DNA of 64,000 nucleotides from an uncultured Prevotella sp. (lineage in GTDB: Bacteria > Bacteroidota > Bacteroidia > Bacteroidales > Bacteroidaceae), in the NCBI GenBank assembly GCA_944320105.1, contig CALUGA010000010.1, positions 534 to 64,533 of the forward strand. Reading direction: 5' to 3'. The notes beneath the pieces are model-generated. The model saw only the letters and a program-made list of their open reading frames with translations, made no database searches and was not told the DNA's origin. This document shows, piece after piece, positions 61,024 to 64,000 of the stretch (positions within the stretch are counted from its first letter, which is position 1; each line of letters opens with the position of its first letter). The position numbers and the translations under genes are program-made.

Positions 61024-61243
61024 CGGCATCGGGCGAACGCCTTGCGCCGTAGGCGTTAAAAAACACGGCCGGGCGGCATTTTGCTGAGCAAACCGTTGCC
61101 CGTGAGGGATAAAATTACTACCTTTGCGCGGCGTTACATAATAATATATAGGTGGCGGTGGTGAGCCTGCGGACATATCGCAGAGCCTGCGCCGCCACTT
61201 TTTTGACTTCATTCGGCAAGGAAAGGAAACAAGGGCTAAATTG

Positions 61244-62635
61244 ATGTTAGGCAAGAACAAGGGCGACGAACTGCTGTCGTACATCCGCGAAGGGCGCGCC
61301 ATGACCCGTGCAGAGAAGCTGCGCTTGATAGCGCAGCTCAGCGTACCGTCCATCCTCTCGCAGATGTCGGCCACGGTGATGTTCTTCATCGACGCCTCTA
61401 TGGTGGGCAGCCTGGGCGCAAGGCAGTCGGCGTCGATAGGCTTGGTGGAGTCGTCCACGTGGCTTTTCAGCGGTCTGCTGAGTGCCGCCTCCATGGGCTT
61501 TTCGGTGCAAGTGGCCCACGCCATCGGCGCCAACGACTTTGAGCGGGCCCGCCGCATACTGCGCCAGGGCCTGGTGTGCGCCCTCGCCTTCAGCCTTGCG
61601 CTGATGCTCCTGGGCGTAGCCATCCACTCGCGCCTGCCCTATTGGCTTGGCGGCGGCAGCGACATAGCGGGCGACTCATCTATGTATTTCCTCATCTTCT
61701 CGCTAGCCCTGCCTTTCTACCAGCTGCAGAACCTATCCGGAAGCATGCTCAAGTGCAGCGGCAACATGAGGGTGCCGAGCATCCTCAACATACTTATGTG
61801 CCTGCTCGACGTGGTTTTCAACTACTTTTTCATCTTCATAGCGGGGCTTGGGGTGCCCGGAGCCGCGCTCGGCACGTTGTGCGCCATTGCGGTGTCGGCC
61901 TCGCTTATGGCGTGGTCGCTGCTGTTCCGTTCGCCATACCTGGCCCTCAAGGGGCGGCCCGGCTCGTTCAGGCCCACGGCCGACTGCGTTGGCACGGCGT
62001 TCAAGATAGGCGCGCCCATGGGCCTTCAGCAGATACTGATGGGCGGCGCGCAGATAGTGAGCACGGCCATCGTGGCCCCGCTTGGCAACATCTCGATAGC
62101 CGCCAACACCTTCGCCATAACCGTTGAGAGCCTGTGCTACATGCCCGGCTACGGCATAGCCGATGCCGCCACTACGCTCGTGGGGCAGGGCATGGGGGCA
62201 GGCCAGCGCACGCTGACGCGCAGTTTCGCCCGCCTGTCGGTGGGCATGGGCATGGTGGTCATGACGTTCATGGCCGTGCTCATGTACGTCTTCGCACCTG
62301 ACATAATGTCGCTGATGACCCCCGTAGAGGCCATTCGCGGCTTGAGCGTGGCCGCGCTGCGCATAGAGGCGTTCGCCGAACCTATGTTTGCTGCCGCAAT
62401 CGTATGCTACGGAGTGTTTATCGGCGCAGGCGACACGCTCAAGCCCGCCGCCATGAACCTGTTCAGCATGTGGGCCGTGCGCCTTTCGCTGGCCGCCGCG
62501 CTGGCTCCCCACTACGGGCTGCGGGGCGTTTGGACGGCCATGGCCATAGAGCTTACGTTCAGGGGATGCATCTTCCTGCTGAGGCTTTTCAAGGGGGGAT
62601 GGATGAAAGGCATACCACAAAAAAAGACGATATGA
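61244..62635 (+). CDS. MATE family efflux transporter
   Basis: About 12 TM helices; IDASMVGSLG, GVPGAALGT and TTLVGQGMGAG motifs. Confidence 0.93.
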   Translation: MLGKNKGDELLSYIREGRAMTRAEKLRLIAQLSVPSILSQMSATVMFFIDASMVGSLGARQSASIGLVESSTWLFSGLLSAASMGFSVQVAHAIGANDFERARRILRQGLVCALAFSLALMLLGVAIHSRLPYWLGGGSDIAGDSSMYFLIFSLALPFYQLQNLSGSMLKCSGNMRVPSILNILMCLLDVVFNYFFIFIAGLGVPGAALGTLCAIAVSASLMAWSLLFRSPYLALKGRPGSFRPTADCVGTAFKIGAPMGLQQILMGGAQIVSTAIVAPLGNISIAANTFAITVESLCYMPGYGIADAATTLVGQGMGAGQRTLTRSFARLSVGMGMVVMTFMAVLMYVFAPDIMSLMTPVEAIRGLSVAALRIEAFAEPMFAAAIVCYGVFIGAGDTLKPAAMNLFSMWAVRLSLAAALAPHYGLRGVWTAMAIELTFRGCIFLLRLFKGGWMKGIPQKKTI

Positions 62636-63306
62636 GCCGACTAGCATTTTCTCTGCTTTTCTTTGCTGCAGGCGTGGCCTGCGCGCTCGGTGCCGGTCGC
62701 ATGGCCGTGGTGATGGAAACCACGGCGGGCGCCATTCGCATTGAGCTGTACGACGAGACCCCTGCCCACCGCGACAATTTCTTGAAGCTCGTGCGCAGCC
62801 ACTTCTACGACAGTCTGCTGTTCCACCGCGTGGTGCGCAACTTCGTGGTGCAGGCGGGCGACCCCGCCAGCAGGCACGCTGAGCCGGGCAGCCTGCTCGG
62901 CGGCGGAACGCTGCCTTATCGCCTGCGTGCCGAGGTCAGATTGCCGCAGCTGTACCACAAACGCGGCGCCGTAGCCATGGCCCGCGAGGCCGACGACGTA
63001 AACCCAGCGCGCGAGTCGGGTGCCTGCCAGTTCTACATCGTGTGGGGCAAGCGCCACTCCACCGCAGTGGTGGAGGCCGAGCGCGAGCGCATCGACACCC
63101 TTGGCGGCGGGGCCGCCATGTCTGACGAGATGTTTGAGACGTACCGTAAAGTGGGCGGCCTGCCGCAGCTCGACGGTCTCTACACAGTGTTCGGCGAAGT
63201 GACCGAGGGCATGGACGTAGTAGAAAAGATGCTCGATGCCCAGACCGACGACAACGACCGCCCGCTTACCGACATAAGGATAATCACCGCGAGGGTGGAG
63301 GAGTGA
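62632..63306 (+). CDS. Cyclophilin-type peptidyl-prolyl isomerase
   Basis: FHRVV..FVVQAGDP, GAVAMAR, QFYIV and YTVFGEV; ATGA overlap with the MATE gene. Confidence 0.92.
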   Translation: MSRLAFSLLFFAAGVACALGAGRMAVVMETTAGAIRIELYDETPAHRDNFLKLVRSHFYDSLLFHRVVRNFVVQAGDPASRHAEPGSLLGGGTLPYRLRAEVRLPQLYHKRGAVAMAREADDVNPARESGACQFYIVWGKRHSTAVVEAERERIDTLGGGAAMSDEMFETYRKVGGLPQLDGLYTVFGEVTEGMDVVEKMLDAQTDDNDRPLTDIRIITARVEE

Positions 63307-63421
63307 GGCCGCGCCCGGCTCTGCCAACGTCAGCGTTGCTGCCCGCAGCCGCCTGCCAATGGGCAAAAATCGCCTGTTTTGTTTTGCTTTTAGCCAAACA
63401 TCAACTAACTTTGCAGCCATC

Positions 63422-64000
63422 ATGAAACAAGTAAAGCCTAAGAAAAACCTCGGCCAGCACTTCCTGACCGACCTTGACATAGCGCGGCGCATAGCCGACA
63501 CGGTGGACGCTTGCCCCGGAATACCCGTGCTGGAGGTGGGTCCGGGCATGGGCGTGCTTACGCAGTACCTCATCGAAAAGCCCCGCGAGGTGAAGGTGGT
63601 GGAGATAGATTCCGAGTCGGTGGCATACCTGCACGACCGTTTCCCGGCCTTGGCCGACCGCATAGTGGCCGCCGACTTTCTGCGCATGGACCTCTCCGAG
63701 GTGTTCGGAGGCAGGCCGTTCGTGCTCACCGGCAACTATCCTTACGACATTTCGTCGCAGATTTTCTTCAAGATGATAGACAACCGGCAGCTCATCCCAT
63801 GCTGCACGGGCATGATACAGCGCGAGGTAGCGCAGCGCATGGCCTCGGCACCGGGCTGCAAGGCATACGGCATATTGAGCGTGATGACGCAGGCTTGGTA
63901 CGACGTGGAATACCTTTTTACTGTCGACGAGGGCGTGTTCAACCCTCCGCCAAAGGTGAAGAGCGCCGTGATACGCATGACGCGCAACGCCCGCACCAGC
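63422..64000 (+). CDS. rsmA: 16S rRNA adenine dimethyltransferase (3' truncated by the window)
   Basis: Hand translation: MKQVKPKKNLGQHFL, LEVGPGMG, EID, GNYPY, FNPPPKVKSAV. Confidence 0.95.
   Translation, partial: MKQVKPKKNLGQHFLTDLDIARRIADTVDACPGIPVLEVGPGMGVLTQYLIEKPREVKVVEIDSESVAYLHDRFPALADRIVAADFLRMDLSEVFGGRPFVLTGNYPYDISSQIFFKMIDNRQLIPCCTGMIQREVAQRMASAPGCKAYGILSVMTQAWYDVEYLFTVDEGVFNPPPKVKSAVIRMTRNARTS

Overview
High-GC Bacteroidales (Prevotella-like) chromosomal window, identified by the many TAnnTTTG(CA) -7 promoter boxes and the gene content. Most of it is housekeeping: etfB, dinB, rmuC, cstA, lpxB, surE, parAB, mltD, relA/spoT, alaS, dnaG, queD/queE, cls, rsmD, lemA, pepD, corA, tRNA-Gln, rsfS, ftsH, cdsA, a MATE pump and rsmA. 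Accessory patches are (i) an AT-rich islet at about 5.6-8.4 kb with a nonsense-split HsdR_N nuclease, an orphan gene and a Fic gene, (ii) a single-chain restriction-modification enzyme with an AT-rich specificity segment, coupled to a frameshifted C5-methyltransferase (18.8-23.4 kb), (iii) a large T9SS-type adhesin bracketed by two copies of a MITE, and (iv) a RelE-type toxin-antitoxin pair. The intergenic DNA carries several repeat families: six copies of a 22-bp-period array element, GTAG-type REP palindromes, nested MITEs, a duplicated 340-bp palindrome cassette and mirror-image heptamer blocks. It also has an unannotated two-gene small membrane protein operon and candidate cis-regulatory leaders before corA, rsfS and the MATE gene. 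No CRISPR array, integrase or transposase was seen. All calls come from reading the sequence by eye; no searches were run.
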